Under the pieces are notes generated by a model. It saw only the letters and a list, made by a program, of their open reading frames with translations, was not told the origin of the DNA and did no database searches. Made by a program: the position numbers and the translations under genes. A DNA stretch of 44,087 nt. Origin: Chitinophagaceae bacterium. Lineage in GTDB: Bacteria > Bacteroidota > Bacteroidia > Chitinophagales > Chitinophagaceae. Of this stretch, positions 19,748 to 29,350 are shown one piece after another; position 1 is the first letter of the stretch; the number at the start of each line of letters is the position of its first letter. The stretch is taken from the NCBI GenBank assembly GCA_031412015.1, contig JANOCH010000251.1, positions 1-44,087 of the forward strand. The letters run 5' to 3'.

Positions 19748-20677
19748 TTAATTTGTTTTGGTACAGCGATACAGGCTCCTGAATTGGCTACAGTTGGTTT
19801 TCCGTTGTTGTGTATTTTTTTCTGTTTGCTTTTTAATGCCTGGCTTTTTTGTGCCTAGGGTAAAAGGCACTCCTATTCTCATATTCCAACCGGAAACCTC
19901 TGACTGCAGGTGAGTCGTCAGGGTCTTTGAACCAATTACTGTAGAAATAGTTTGTTTTTCAAGATTGCCAAGGCCTTTGAAATAGTTAATGCCTAATGTA
20001 AACAACCGGTTATTATTTTTTCCAAACTCAAACCCCATTCCCGCTATCAGACCGGTGTTCCAGTTTCCTGCACGATATTCATAGGTTGTTTGACCGTTCT
20101 GCGTTTTGGCGACAACATCCGTCTTTACGGCAGGAAGAAATCCCAGCCCTACCGACGGCTGCAGCTGAACCCATGAGCCTTTAGTTCCTGGGTTTAATTT
20201 TTCTGTATTGGTGGACTTGCCGGCCGGTGTTTTATTTTTAGCGCAATGACTCTTAAATGAAAATGAACCACATTGTTTTTTTTCTCCGCTTGCAGCGGAT
20301 TTGGCTCCGGCTTTTTTTAAAGTGATCCGCTTAGTGCTGAACTGGTAACCGCTTTCAAGTCTGAATTGCATACTTCCACTAGTGGTTTTAAAATTATTCA
20401 TTCCATTTTCCGGATCAGTGAAACTGAAAGGGACAACATTACGGCCGCTGGCGGCTCCCAGGAAAATTCCATGCCCTGGCTTAGATGTATACGTAAAACG
20501 TAGCCCCACCTGCGGAGAAAAATTTACCCCTGAAGGAGAAAAAGAAGCCAGATCATTGTAACGAACTTTTGTTTTTGAATTTTCAAAACCTACTTGTGGC
20601 AGTAAGCTGAATTTCTGTGCTCCCGCTGCAAAACCGAAAGCAACGAAAGAAATGAGTGTTAACGCTGCTGTTCTCAT
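19748..20677 (-). CDS. Outer-membrane beta-barrel protein with Lys/Cys-rich insertions
   Basis: Signal peptide from ATG 20677 (MRTAALTLISFVAFGFAAGAQ); amphipathic strands (QVGLRFTY, LIAGMGFEFG, WNMRIGVPFTLG). Confidence 0.7.
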   Translation of the reverse strand: MRTAALTLISFVAFGFAAGAQKFSLLPQVGFENSKTKVRYNDLASFSPSGVNFSPQVGLRFTYTSKPGHGIFLGAASGRNVVPFSFTDPENGMNNFKTTSGSMQFRLESGYQFSTKRITLKKAGAKSAASGEKKQCGSFSFKSHCAKNKTPAGKSTNTEKLNPGTKGSWVQLQPSVGLGFLPAVKTDVVAKTQNGQTTYEYRAGNWNTGLIAGMGFEFGKNNNRLFTLGINYFKGLGNLEKQTISTVIGSKTLTTHLQSEVSGWNMRIGVPFTLGTKKPGIKKQTEKNTQQRKTNCSQFRSLYRCTKTN

Positions 20678-20946
20678 AAAAAAAGTTTTAGTATGATAAA
20701 AGTTAACAAATTTCACGAAAGCAAAAAAATCTAATACAGCAGTGGTAGCGGGGTTGACCAGGATAGTAAATAATCACGATACAACGGATTTGTCCTTTTG
20801 ATCCCGGTCTATATTTAAATTTAAGCGCAGAATTATATTAGTAAAAGAAATGGAATGTTGGCTTAGAGTCAGTTAGTCCAGGGAGGTTTGGCCCTGTTAG
20901 TTTTCATGTGTCACAAAAAACTTTTAACTGCCCGCAACGTTCACCA

Positions 20947-23124
20947 TCAATTATTCCACCAGTAGGTAGCTTTTAATACAAAGGCCCTGTTACGGACAAA
21001 TATTGGCGAAGAATAATAATTGTCCGTATATACCAGGAATATATCCGAAGCTGGCCGATACCGCCATTGAAATCTTGTATTAAGATTAATATTTTTTTGC
21101 TGGTTATTATATTGTACAAAAGTGGTCAAGAACAATTTGTTGGTAAATGTGACATCAACTCTTGGACCGATCAGCCAGAACCTTGTGTTGTTCCAGGGTG
21201 CCGGCAGATGTATGTCATTGTAGGTTGTACTTAACGTGATACCGACATAGGGCTGAAAACGGTAACCAATATCCGCGGTTACATTGTAACGGTTGCCACC
21301 GGCATAGTAACCTCCAAAACGGCTGGAGATATTGTAGGTAAGTAAGCGTTGTGGTTTGGAAAAAAATTCGATACCAAAGGCTTTCCAGCGATGCACAGTT
21401 CCGGCTCCTAATGAATCTTTATTGCTATTGGTTGGATCAAATGGCTGTAGCAATTTGGTATAGCTGTTTGCGACCCAAACATCAAAAATGCTTTGATTTC
21501 GCAGGTTAAAAATATATAAGAACAGGTTTTCGTAATCCGTCTTTTTTAATGAACTGTTGTAATAGTAAGTACGGTTAAACCGCGGACCATGGCTGAGCAC
21601 GGTGCCTCTTTTCTTTGGAAAGAACAGATAATTGACATAGGGGTTTAATTTAATGTAATTATTACGCGGGACGTATCCCACTTCAGCGGAATATTGCTTG
21701 CCGACATACTCCTGTTGAAATCCAACCGTCCAGTGACGACTGAAATACTGTAGAAAAGCGGCATTGGTGAAACTGTTGTCATTTTTTCCGGGAGCGAAGG
21801 ATTTTAACAGCATTATTTTTCCGGTCCATACATTGTCGGAAGAGGCAAGATTATATTCCGCGCCTATATTCCGGTTGTATAAAGAGTATTGCGGTTTGGT
21901 GCTGTCCTTTCCCGGCTCATAGTTGAGCGATTGCTTATTAATAAAGATCATCCGGATATTGGATCGGGCAAATACTTTTCGTTGGAGAGCCAGCACCGTA
22001 AAGTTTTGTGCGGGCAAACCGGTTTCCTTTATCTTTTTTGTTTGCATATCCATCACGCCAATGCGCCAGTTCTTATCAATATTTCCGCTAAGCCTGGCGC
22101 CAAAACTAATCGGTACCCCCAACCCTATCCGCCGCGAGAAAAAAGGACGGATATTGGCAAGGCCAAAGTTTCCGAACAGGTCATTGTTTTCGAGGAAAAA
22201 TTGACGTCTCTCCGGGAAAAACAATTCAAACCGATCCAGGTTGGTTACTTGTTTATCTACCTCCACCTGTGAATAATCGGGATTGACAGTGAGGTCGAGG
22301 TTGAGAGAAGAGGTCAATGCAATTTTAGCGTCTGCGCCAATCTCTTTGCGAAAAATGGACTTGGTATCGAGCACATAATCTTTAGATATTCCCGTCAACG
22401 CGTAAGGTATGATAGATAAATTTAAACCGGGATCAGGAAGTGGTTGATCCCATATCAATTGACCGGTGTGAGCTAAAGACGCGGTAGGAAATTGCCTCGG
22501 GATTGGTGTCCAGGATGATTTTTCAGCCGCTGTAATATCCAACCGGCCAAAATTGACACCCCATTGCGTAATACCTTTTTTATAGCGGATGGTTTTAAAG
22601 GGGATTGCTGCTTCAAAGATCCATTTGTCATCATAATTTTCGACAACCGATACCCATTTGTTGTCCCAGTTCAGATCTGCTTTGCCTCCTTCGTATAGAG
22701 TGCCATCCCATTGGGCACCCGCTGCATTAGCGCCAAATGTATAACCGTTGGTCAGGTCATTAAAAGGATCAAGAAAGAAAATAAAGTTGTCATTTTTTCC
22801 AAAGTTGAAGTCACGGCGCAATGACTCAACCATATAGGGTGTCTTTTCCTTTGGCAGATGACAAATGGCAATGATATAGAGATGCTCTTTATCATAGGTC
22901 ATCTTTACTTCAGTGTTCACTCGTGCACGACTGGTATCCATTGGTAATACCATAAAGAAACTGCCGGCGGTTTCGGCTTGTTGCCAGGCGGCGTCATCCA
23001 TTGCTCCATCTATAATTACAGGTTCCGCTGTTTTGCGGATATGCAGCTCAAATTGGTTATTTATTTTTTGAGAATATGCCAGAAAATTTCCTAAACATAG
23101 CAGTATGCCGAACAGTAGTTTCAA
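20947..23124 (-). CDS. CBM9-like / DUF5916 outer-membrane protein
   Basis: IIDGAMDDAAW, FEAAIPFKTIRY, DLTVNPDYSQVEVD and FELFFPERRQFF motifs; C-terminal KATYW. Confidence 0.85.
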   Translation of the reverse strand: MKLLFGILLCLGNFLAYSQKINNQFELHIRKTAEPVIIDGAMDDAAWQQAETAGSFFMVLPMDTSRARVNTEVKMTYDKEHLYIIAICHLPKEKTPYMVESLRRDFNFGKNDNFIFFLDPFNDLTNGYTFGANAAGAQWDGTLYEGGKADLNWDNKWVSVVENYDDKWIFEAAIPFKTIRYKKGITQWGVNFGRLDITAAEKSSWTPIPRQFPTASLAHTGQLIWDQPLPDPGLNLSIIPYALTGISKDYVLDTKSIFRKEIGADAKIALTSSLNLDLTVNPDYSQVEVDKQVTNLDRFELFFPERRQFFLENNDLFGNFGLANIRPFFSRRIGLGVPISFGARLSGNIDKNWRIGVMDMQTKKIKETGLPAQNFTVLALQRKVFARSNIRMIFINKQSLNYEPGKDSTKPQYSLYNRNIGAEYNLASSDNVWTGKIMLLKSFAPGKNDNSFTNAAFLQYFSRHWTVGFQQEYVGKQYSAEVGYVPRNNYIKLNPYVNYLFFPKKRGTVLSHGPRFNRTYYYNSSLKKTDYENLFLYIFNLRNQSIFDVWVANSYTKLLQPFDPTNSNKDSLGAGTVHRWKAFGIEFFSKPQRLLTYNISSRFGGYYAGGNRYNVTADIGYRFQPYVGITLSTTYNDIHLPAPWNNTRFWLIGPRVDVTFTNKLFLTTFVQYNNQQKNINLNTRFQWRYRPASDIFLVYTDNYYSSPIFVRNRAFVLKATYWWNN

Positions 23125-23194
23125 TTCTTTGAAGGGTTTATTATCGCTGAAAGTAACTACTTTTTGCCAGTTGTTCTGACTTGGTGGATGAACT

Positions 23195-23758
23195 TTATTT
23201 TTTAAATCCTATTCTTTCCCGGTCTTCCCATTTTCGATGTGCTGCCTTATCATCCAGCAAGTTTTCAATTGCATCATAAATCGCCGATAACGGTGTATCG
23301 TGCTCACCAATACGCTCCAGGATGGCGGCTTTCAGTTGTTCTTTTAGATCGCCCTGCTGTAACACGATTCTTCTTATTTCTACAAAAGCTCTCATGATAG
23401 CGATATTCATGCTGACGGCTTTGTCAGAATTTTAGATACCACTTAGCATTGCGACACCCTATTCGGTAAAAGCGTAGGTTAAATACCTTGTACCTCCTCT
23501 TCCCTTTGAGGTTCCAGATTGAAACCTTAGTGGATTTTCACTATTATTTGAGGTTTCAATTTGAAACCTCAAACTTTCAAATTCCTCTCTAGCGAGCTGA
23601 AACATGAAATCCGAAGGAAAACGTTTTATGTTCCTTTTTACCGCGAGGTTGAGCGATTTAGTGGGCACCTCATACAAATCAGCAAGATCTTTATCCAGCA
23701 AAACCCTTTCGCCCCTTACCTCATAGATCCTGTTTTGAATACTCCTGGTAATATTCGT
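23195..23758 (-). pseudogene. ORF6N-domain DNA-binding protein pseudogene
   Basis: One frame reads (ACG)[25 protein letters not shown]...FPSDFMFQL...YAFTE*GVAMLSGI*NSDKAVSMNIAIMRAFV...RERIGFKK. The presumed start is ACG (23756-23758). In-frame TAG at 23459-23461 replaces Q of FTEQG, and in-frame TAA lies at 23432-23434. The two track ORFs are fragments of this gene. Confidence 0.85.
23505..23573. repeat. Two tandem copies of a 27-bp palindrome inside the ORF6N pseudogene
   Basis: 23547-23573 is TTTGAGGTTTCAA-T-TTGAAACCTCAAA with perfect 13-bp arms. 23505-23531 is a 21/27-identical copy 42 bp away. Confidence 0.9.
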
Positions 23759-23825
23759 GCTTTCAAGTTTGATTCAACTTAAAACACACCTTTATTTAAA
23801 CCCGGCTGAATTTTTTAGCTGACAA

Positions 23826-24734
23826 TCAATAACCCCATTTTTTCATGATCTGGAGATTTTCTTTAATCGAATCCATCGGTGTTTTACCCTGGTAGCTTTC
23901 CTGTTCAATGATCAAATGAAGGGCGCCACCGGTTTTTATACTTTCTTCCAATACTTTTTTTACTTCAATGATGCCAGTGCCCAATACAGCACTTTCGTAT
24001 CCGTGCGCGGACCCGGCTACCGCTATTTCATCCTTCACATGAAGTGAGACAAAACGGCTGGGATATTGTTTGATCACCTCCATCGGACGGCCTCCGCCTG
24101 AATACATATTGCCAATATCCAGTTGTTGTATCACTAATTGGGGATCGGTATTTTGTAGAATAACATCAAATACCGTCAGGTCACCTACCTTCTCTTTAAA
24201 CTCAAAATCATGATTATGATAGCCGAACCTCATCCCTGATTTTTTACACAGTTCACCCGATTTATTAAACACGTCCATATAATATTTCAATGTGCTTTCA
24301 TCTTTTCGCCAGCTATTATCCAGCCATGGGCTGATGACAAACTCCTGCCCCAGGGTAGCGGCATCCTCCACTGTATATTTCCACAGATCGGTAAATTCTT
24401 TTTTGCTGTCATCCCAATGTTGTTTGGCCAATACGGTATGACCGCTCGGCATTTTTAAATTCAGATCGGCTAGTATTTTTTTGAACTCCGTAGCGGCGTA
24501 GCCATAAAATTTCCTGTCTACATAATTGGCATGTTCAACATGACGATAACCCATCTCAGCTACTTTTTTCAAAGTACCCAAAGGGTCTTTTTTCATTTCA
24601 TCACGTACACTATAAAGCTGAACACCGGTAATCGTCTTGTTTTTTTGACCGGCGAAAATTGATTTTGAAAACAAAGCGGTGCCTGTTAGTGTCAGGGCAC
24701 TGTTTTGAACAAACTGTCTGCGGGAGATTGGCAT
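23826..24734 (-). CDS. Tat-exported sugar phosphate isomerase/epimerase (xylose isomerase-like TIM barrel)
   Basis: SRRQFV twin-arginine signal; GVQLYSVRD, YHNHDFEF, HVKD and IIEQE motifs. ATG 24734 preferred. Confidence 0.88.
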   Translation of the reverse strand: MPISRRQFVQNSALTLTGTALFSKSIFAGQKNKTITGVQLYSVRDEMKKDPLGTLKKVAEMGYRHVEHANYVDRKFYGYAATEFKKILADLNLKMPSGHTVLAKQHWDDSKKEFTDLWKYTVEDAATLGQEFVISPWLDNSWRKDESTLKYYMDVFNKSGELCKKSGMRFGYHNHDFEFKEKVGDLTVFDVILQNTDPQLVIQQLDIGNMYSGGGRPMEVIKQYPSRFVSLHVKDEIAVAGSAHGYESAVLGTGIIEVKKVLEESIKTGGALHLIIEQESYQGKTPMDSIKENLQIMKKWGY

Positions 24735-24827
24735 AGCAATAGAATTTAATTGAATGATCAATTTAGCACTTTTCCGCTATGTTTATTGCATGCACGTATA
24801 TTTCGTTTTTGCCAAATGTGTAAGCGC

Positions 24828-25676
24828 TTAAAGATCTGTTGAATTAAATGTATCGCCCTGGCTCAGATCGCCGGTTTGATATCCCTTTTTAAACCAATAC
24901 ATTCTTTGTTCCGACGTTCCATGTGTAAATGCATCGGGAACCACATGCCCTTGTGATCGTTTTTGTAAGCGGTCATCTCCAATCGCATTAGCGGCATTCA
25001 TTGCTTCCTCAATATCCCCGGCTTCTAATATCTTTTTTTGCTGTGTATGATGTGCCCATACCCCTGCCAGGAAATCCGCCTGCAATTCCATCTTTACGGA
25101 GTAGCGATTGTATTCGGTTTCGCTTAGCTGCTGTCGCAACCTGCTTACTTTATCCGCGGTGCCATTGAGATTTTGAATATGATGACCTACTTCATGTGCC
25201 ACGACATAAGCCATCGCGAAATCGCCGGGTGCGTTTAATTTTTTTTGAAGGTCTTCGTAAAACGAAAGGTCAATATATAATTTTCCATCCGTGGGGCAAT
25301 AAAAAGGGCCCATCGCAGCACTTGCATTTCCGCAAGACGATTGCACGGCATCCCTGAATAAAACAAGAGTAGGTTCCGGATAATCCTTTCCCTGGGCGGA
25401 ATATAGTTTGCTCCAGACGTCTTCTGTTTCAGCCAGCACCACCTTAACGAATTCAGCTCTTTCGTCATCAGCCGCTTTTTCTTCCGTGGTCATTTCGTTC
25501 TGAGTTCCCGGCAATGTTGGCGGAACAGGTGCTGCATCACCGCCCCCACCTCCCAGAAATGAATAGAGTAAATAAATAATGACTCCAATAATACCGCCGC
25601 CAGCAGCCACTCCGCCACCAGATATGCCACGACGGTCATCTACATTTGAGCTTCCTCTCCGGCCTCTCCATAACAT
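24828..25676 (-). CDS. Neutral zinc metallopeptidase (YpfJ-like)
   Basis: [36 protein letters not shown] and FTHGTSEQR motifs. Confidence 0.92.
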   Translation of the reverse strand: MLWRGRRGSSNVDDRRGISGGGVAAGGGIIGVIIYLLYSFLGGGGGDAAPVPPTLPGTQNEMTTEEKAADDERAEFVKVVLAETEDVWSKLYSAQGKDYPEPTLVLFRDAVQSSCGNASAAMGPFYCPTDGKLYIDLSFYEDLQKKLNAPGDFAMAYVVAHEVGHHIQNLNGTADKVSRLRQQLSETEYNRYSVKMELQADFLAGVWAHHTQQKKILEAGDIEEAMNAANAIGDDRLQKRSQGHVVPDAFTHGTSEQRMYWFKKGYQTGDLSQGDTFNSTDL

Positions 25677-25724
25677 AGTTAATTGTTGAATATGTAAAAA
25701 AATAGAATTACTGTTTAGAATGGT

Positions 25725-25886
25725 TTATAAAGTATACTCATAAGGGTACATTCTTTTTGGTCGGGCTGACTTGTCCTGTTTATTTTGCCGGTTAGATTTT
25801 TTTTCGTTTATCATCTTACTTATGAGGTATATCGCTATGCCAGCCGTAATACCGGCTATCAGCCCTATAGTTGTTTTTTTATTCAT
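25725..25886 (-). CDS. Small single-TM protein, 53 aa (not in the ORF track)
   Basis: MNKKTTIGLIAGITAGIAIYLISKMINEKKSNRQNKQDKSARPKRMYPYEYTL*. A-rich context before the ATG; co-oriented with and 48 nt upstream of the peptidase gene. Confidence 0.65.
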   Translation of the reverse strand: MNKKTTIGLIAGITAGIAIYLISKMINEKKSNRQNKQDKSARPKRMYPYEYTL

Positions 25887-26074
25887 TTTCCTGGATTTAA
25901 TAAGATAATTGCAATTGGCATGCCATCATACAAATAGGTTATGGAAAACGTACTAATCCGGCAATTGATCAAACGGCAGTCAATTCTTGCTAACTATCAT
26001 CTAATAACGTTTTTTATTAGCTGTTTTTTCGTACTTTTTGACGTATTTATATTTAATTATTAAATCAGTTTATC

Positions 26075-26932
26075 ATGGCGCGATTAATTTCTGATAAAGA
26101 AGTCCAATCTTTCCACCAGGATGGCTATTTGATAGTTCCCGGTTTTTTCAGTCGGGCGGAAACAGATAAGTTGTATAGCATCGCTATTGGCGACAACGTT
26201 ATAAAGCAGCATGCATTGGACCTTAATGATCAAACAGGGAAAAAAACAAAACTAACTTTGTGGTTTACTCCGGGCAATGATGTCTACAGTATGATGCTTC
26301 GCAGCAATCGTATGGTCAATTCGGTGGTGAAATTGCTGGATAGCGATTCCCCGGTTTGTCATTTTCATACCAAGCTGATGCAAAAAGAGCCAAAGGTTGG
26401 CGGCGCCTGGGAATGGAACCAGGACTATGGTTATTGGTATAAAAATCAATTTTTGTATCCGGAGCAGTTGGTAAGTGTGATGATCGCTTTAACGGAAGCT
26501 AACAAGTCCAATGGATGTTTACAGGTGATCAAGGGTTCGCACAAACCGGGGAGAGTTAACCACGGATTTGCGGGTGAACAGGTAGGCGCTGATATGGTAA
26601 TGGTGGACCATGCCCTAAAAACAATGGAGCATGTATATGTAGAAATTCAACCCCGCCACGCCCTATTCTTTCACAGTAATTTATTACATCGCTCTGAAGC
26701 TAATACTTCGGATAAACCACGGTGGTCGATCATCTCCTGCTATAACGCCTTATCAAACCCGGCTTACAATGATGAATCCAATTCCTGGAGAGAGCCTGTG
26801 CAAACTGTGCCGGACAGTGTATTGATGGAAGCCAACGTAACCGGTGCTGCTGATACAGGAGATTTTTTACAAAGAGAAAAAGACCCGGCATTAAAAGAAA
26901 CGGGGTGGGAAAAAGAAGTAGGTACGAAGTGA
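26075..26932 (+). CDS. Phytanoyl-CoA dioxygenase (PhyH) family Fe(II)/2OG enzyme, first iron-ligand His replaced
   Basis: FHQDGYL, KLMQKEP, NGCLQVIKGSH, LLHRS and NTSDKPR motifs. The HxD site reads WEWNQDY. Confidence 0.85.
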   Translation: MARLISDKEVQSFHQDGYLIVPGFFSRAETDKLYSIAIGDNVIKQHALDLNDQTGKKTKLTLWFTPGNDVYSMMLRSNRMVNSVVKLLDSDSPVCHFHTKLMQKEPKVGGAWEWNQDYGYWYKNQFLYPEQLVSVMIALTEANKSNGCLQVIKGSHKPGRVNHGFAGEQVGADMVMVDHALKTMEHVYVEIQPRHALFFHSNLLHRSEANTSDKPRWSIISCYNALSNPAYNDESNSWREPVQTVPDSVLMEANVTGAADTGDFLQREKDPALKETGWEKEVGTK

Positions 26933-26938
26933 AAGGTG

Positions 26939-26985
26939 ACCCGATAGCTATCGGGTTGTCAATTGTGATCCGATAGCTTTCGGAT
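26939..26985. repeat. Two REP-like CCGATAGCTATCGG palindromes
   Basis: ACCCGATAGCTATCGGGT at 26939-26956 (perfect 18-mer) and ATCCGATAGCTTTCGGAT at 26968-26985 (one mismatch). Confidence 0.8.
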
Positions 26986-27100
26986 GGTGAATAGGGAAAC
27001 TTTCAGTGCGCACTGTTAATTCAAGTAATACTGACTGGTTAATGTAAACTTATTATTCACCCCAGGGAAACTCAAACAATAAATAAACAAGACACAAACT

Positions 27101-28294
27101 ATGCAACGAATTGCTATGCTCGGATCCGGGTTTATCGGCCGGTTTTATGCTGAATCATTACAGGGACAAAGAAGTAAAGATAAGATCGTAAGTATCTATT
27201 CAAGAAGAGAAGAGAGCGCAAAAAAATTTGCAGCTGACTACAATTGCGAGCATTGGACAACATCGATGGAAGAATCTATCGCCCATCCAAATGTAGATGT
27301 GGTGTGTATTTCGCTTCCCAATAATTTGCACGAGGCGGCGGTGTTATTATGTTGTAAGCATAAAAAATCAGTCATCACTACCAAACCGCTTGGCAGAAAT
27401 GCAGCAGAAGCGAAAAGAATGCTGGAAGCGGTGGAAGCGGCGGGTATTTTCAATGGGTATTTGGAAGACCTTGTGTACACCCCTAAATTTTTAAAAGCGC
27501 TTGAAAGTGTAAAGAATGGGGCTATCGGCCGGGTGCTTTGGTCAAAATCAAGAGAAACTCACCCGGGTCCACACAGCGATTGGTTCTGGGATATTGAACA
27601 AGCCGGGGGCGGTTGTATTCTCGATCTCGGTTGTCATTGTGTAGAAATTGCCAGGAACTTTATTGGAAAAGATATCAGGCCGGTGGAGGTAATGTGCTGG
27701 GCGGATACGCAGGTAAAACCGATCGATGCCGAAGATCATGCGATTGGTTTAGTGAAATATGAGAACGGCGCAATCGGGCAGTTTGAAGTAAGCTGGACCT
27801 TCCGGGGTGGTTTGGATCTGCGTGACGTAGTAATGGGAACCGAGGGCACGATCTGGATGAACAATTTTTTACGTACTGGTTTCGAAATGTTTTCAACCGG
27901 TAAAGGCGCTGATTACGTAGCGGAAAAAGCCGAGACTGCCAGCGGCTGGTTATTTCCCGTAGGCGATGAATTAAATGAACTGGGCTATAACCACATGTTC
28001 ACCGATATGTTCAATGCGCTGGAGAAAGCCCAGGCGCCGAAAGAGACTTTTTACGATGGCTATGTCGTCAATGCTGTATTGGATGCGGCTTATAAATCCG
28101 CCAAAACTAAATTATGGGAGCCGGTTCAATTAGATATTTGGAGGGGAAGAGAAGGTGTGACCAAAGACAGTCATTTAACCGAGTACGATGCCGATCATTA
28201 TTTAATAAAAGAAGAGATCACTCATTACGGTGCAAAAAAAGTGATATTGAAAAATAAGAAGACGAATAAGATCATTGAGAAAGTACTTGAGTAA
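27101..28294 (+). CDS. Gfo/Idh/MocA family NAD(P)-dependent oxidoreductase
   Basis: GSGFIG Rossmann motif; LPNNLH; TKPL; [11 protein letters not shown]. Confidence 0.9.
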   Translation: MQRIAMLGSGFIGRFYAESLQGQRSKDKIVSIYSRREESAKKFAADYNCEHWTTSMEESIAHPNVDVVCISLPNNLHEAAVLLCCKHKKSVITTKPLGRNAAEAKRMLEAVEAAGIFNGYLEDLVYTPKFLKALESVKNGAIGRVLWSKSRETHPGPHSDWFWDIEQAGGGCILDLGCHCVEIARNFIGKDIRPVEVMCWADTQVKPIDAEDHAIGLVKYENGAIGQFEVSWTFRGGLDLRDVVMGTEGTIWMNNFLRTGFEMFSTGKGADYVAEKAETASGWLFPVGDELNELGYNHMFTDMFNALEKAQAPKETFYDGYVVNAVLDAAYKSAKTKLWEPVQLDIWRGREGVTKDSHLTEYDADHYLIKEEITHYGAKKVILKNKKTNKIIEKVLE

Positions 28295-28320
28295 ATGTAG
28301 TCCGCTTATCTCTCGTCATG

Positions 28321-28354
28321 ATTATCCCGCTACTTCGGCGGGATAATTATTTTT
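28321..28354 (+). terminator. Intrinsic terminator
   Basis: ATTATCCCGC...GCGGGATAAT hairpin followed by a T-rich tail. Confidence 0.75.
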
Positions 28355-28413
28355 CTACAAGATCATATTTTTAGTAGCGGATCTAAAAACTACCTTCGCC
28401 ATTATCTTTCCTG

Positions 28414-29322
28414 ATGTCTTCCTCTAAAAAGAATACGTATATCGGAGTCGGGCTTGCCGTACTGGCTGCTATTATATGGAGCGGCAATTTTATTGCAGCA
28501 AAAGGAGTAACAGAACAAATTCCAGCTGTCAGCCTGGCTTTTTATCGATGGCTAACAGCCGCTGTTATTATTTTTCCTTTTGCGATCAAAAATTTCCGAT
28601 CAGAGTGGAAAGTTGTTAAGCTATCCTGGAAATATCTGTTCTGGGCTTCTCTTACAGGTATTGCCCTGTTCAATACATTTGTTTATATCGGCGCTCATTA
28701 TACCTCCGCTATTAATCTTGCTTTGATCGGTACTACCACTTCCCCAATCATCGCCATTGTACTGGCCAGGATCTTTCTAAAAGAAAAAATTGACCGGTTG
28801 AAAATAGCAGGTATGGTACTTTGTATTAGTGGTGTGCTTTTTCTTTTGTCCCATGGAAGCATTCAAAACCTGCTGACCTTACAATTTACCAGGGGTGATG
28901 GTTGGATATTGGTAGCTGCTCTTTGTTTCGCTATCTATAATACATTGGTCCGAAAAAAACCATCTGCGATATCACCTATAAATTACCTGTTCATAATTTT
29001 TAGTTTTGGTACAATACTTTTATTCCCATTTTACTTGTGGGAAATTGCGAATACCAATCCAGTTAAATGGAATAGTAACTTGTTTTTTATCATTTTGTAC
29101 CTGGGGCTCGGAGCGTCGGTAATCAGTTATTTATTCTGGAATATTGCTATTGGTAAATTAGGTGCCGGCCGCACTGCTTTATTTGGAAACCTCATACCCG
29201 TATTCAGCAGCGCTGAAGCTGCTTTATTGTTAGGTGAACAGTTTACCTGGGTTCACCTGGCAAGCATGTTATTGGTGTTTGCCGGGATATTATTGGCGAA
29301 CTGGCGAATATTTCGTCACTGA
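28414..29322 (+). CDS. DMT/EamA family transporter
   Basis: About 10 TMs; IWSGNF, LAFYRW, YTSAIN, LGAGRT and NLIPVF motifs. Confidence 0.9.
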   Translation: MSSSKKNTYIGVGLAVLAAIIWSGNFIAAKGVTEQIPAVSLAFYRWLTAAVIIFPFAIKNFRSEWKVVKLSWKYLFWASLTGIALFNTFVYIGAHYTSAINLALIGTTTSPIIAIVLARIFLKEKIDRLKIAGMVLCISGVLFLLSHGSIQNLLTLQFTRGDGWILVAALCFAIYNTLVRKKPSAISPINYLFIIFSFGTILLFPFYLWEIANTNPVKWNSNLFFIILYLGLGASVISYLFWNIAIGKLGAGRTALFGNLIPVFSSAEAALLLGEQFTWVHLASMLLVFAGILLANWRIFRH

Positions 29323-29350
29323 TACTCTTGTAAACCCTATTGCTGCCTTA

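Noticed and set aside
23432-23461. Stop-codon reassignment or readthrough in the ORF6N gene
   Set aside because: Two different stops (TAG and TAA) plus a damaged start are present, and other genes show no in-frame stops. Decay is the simpler explanation.
23505-23573. The palindromic repeats here and at 26939-26985 as mini-CRISPR arrays
   Set aside because: Each has only two copies, the gaps are 15 and 11 nt, and there are no cas genes.
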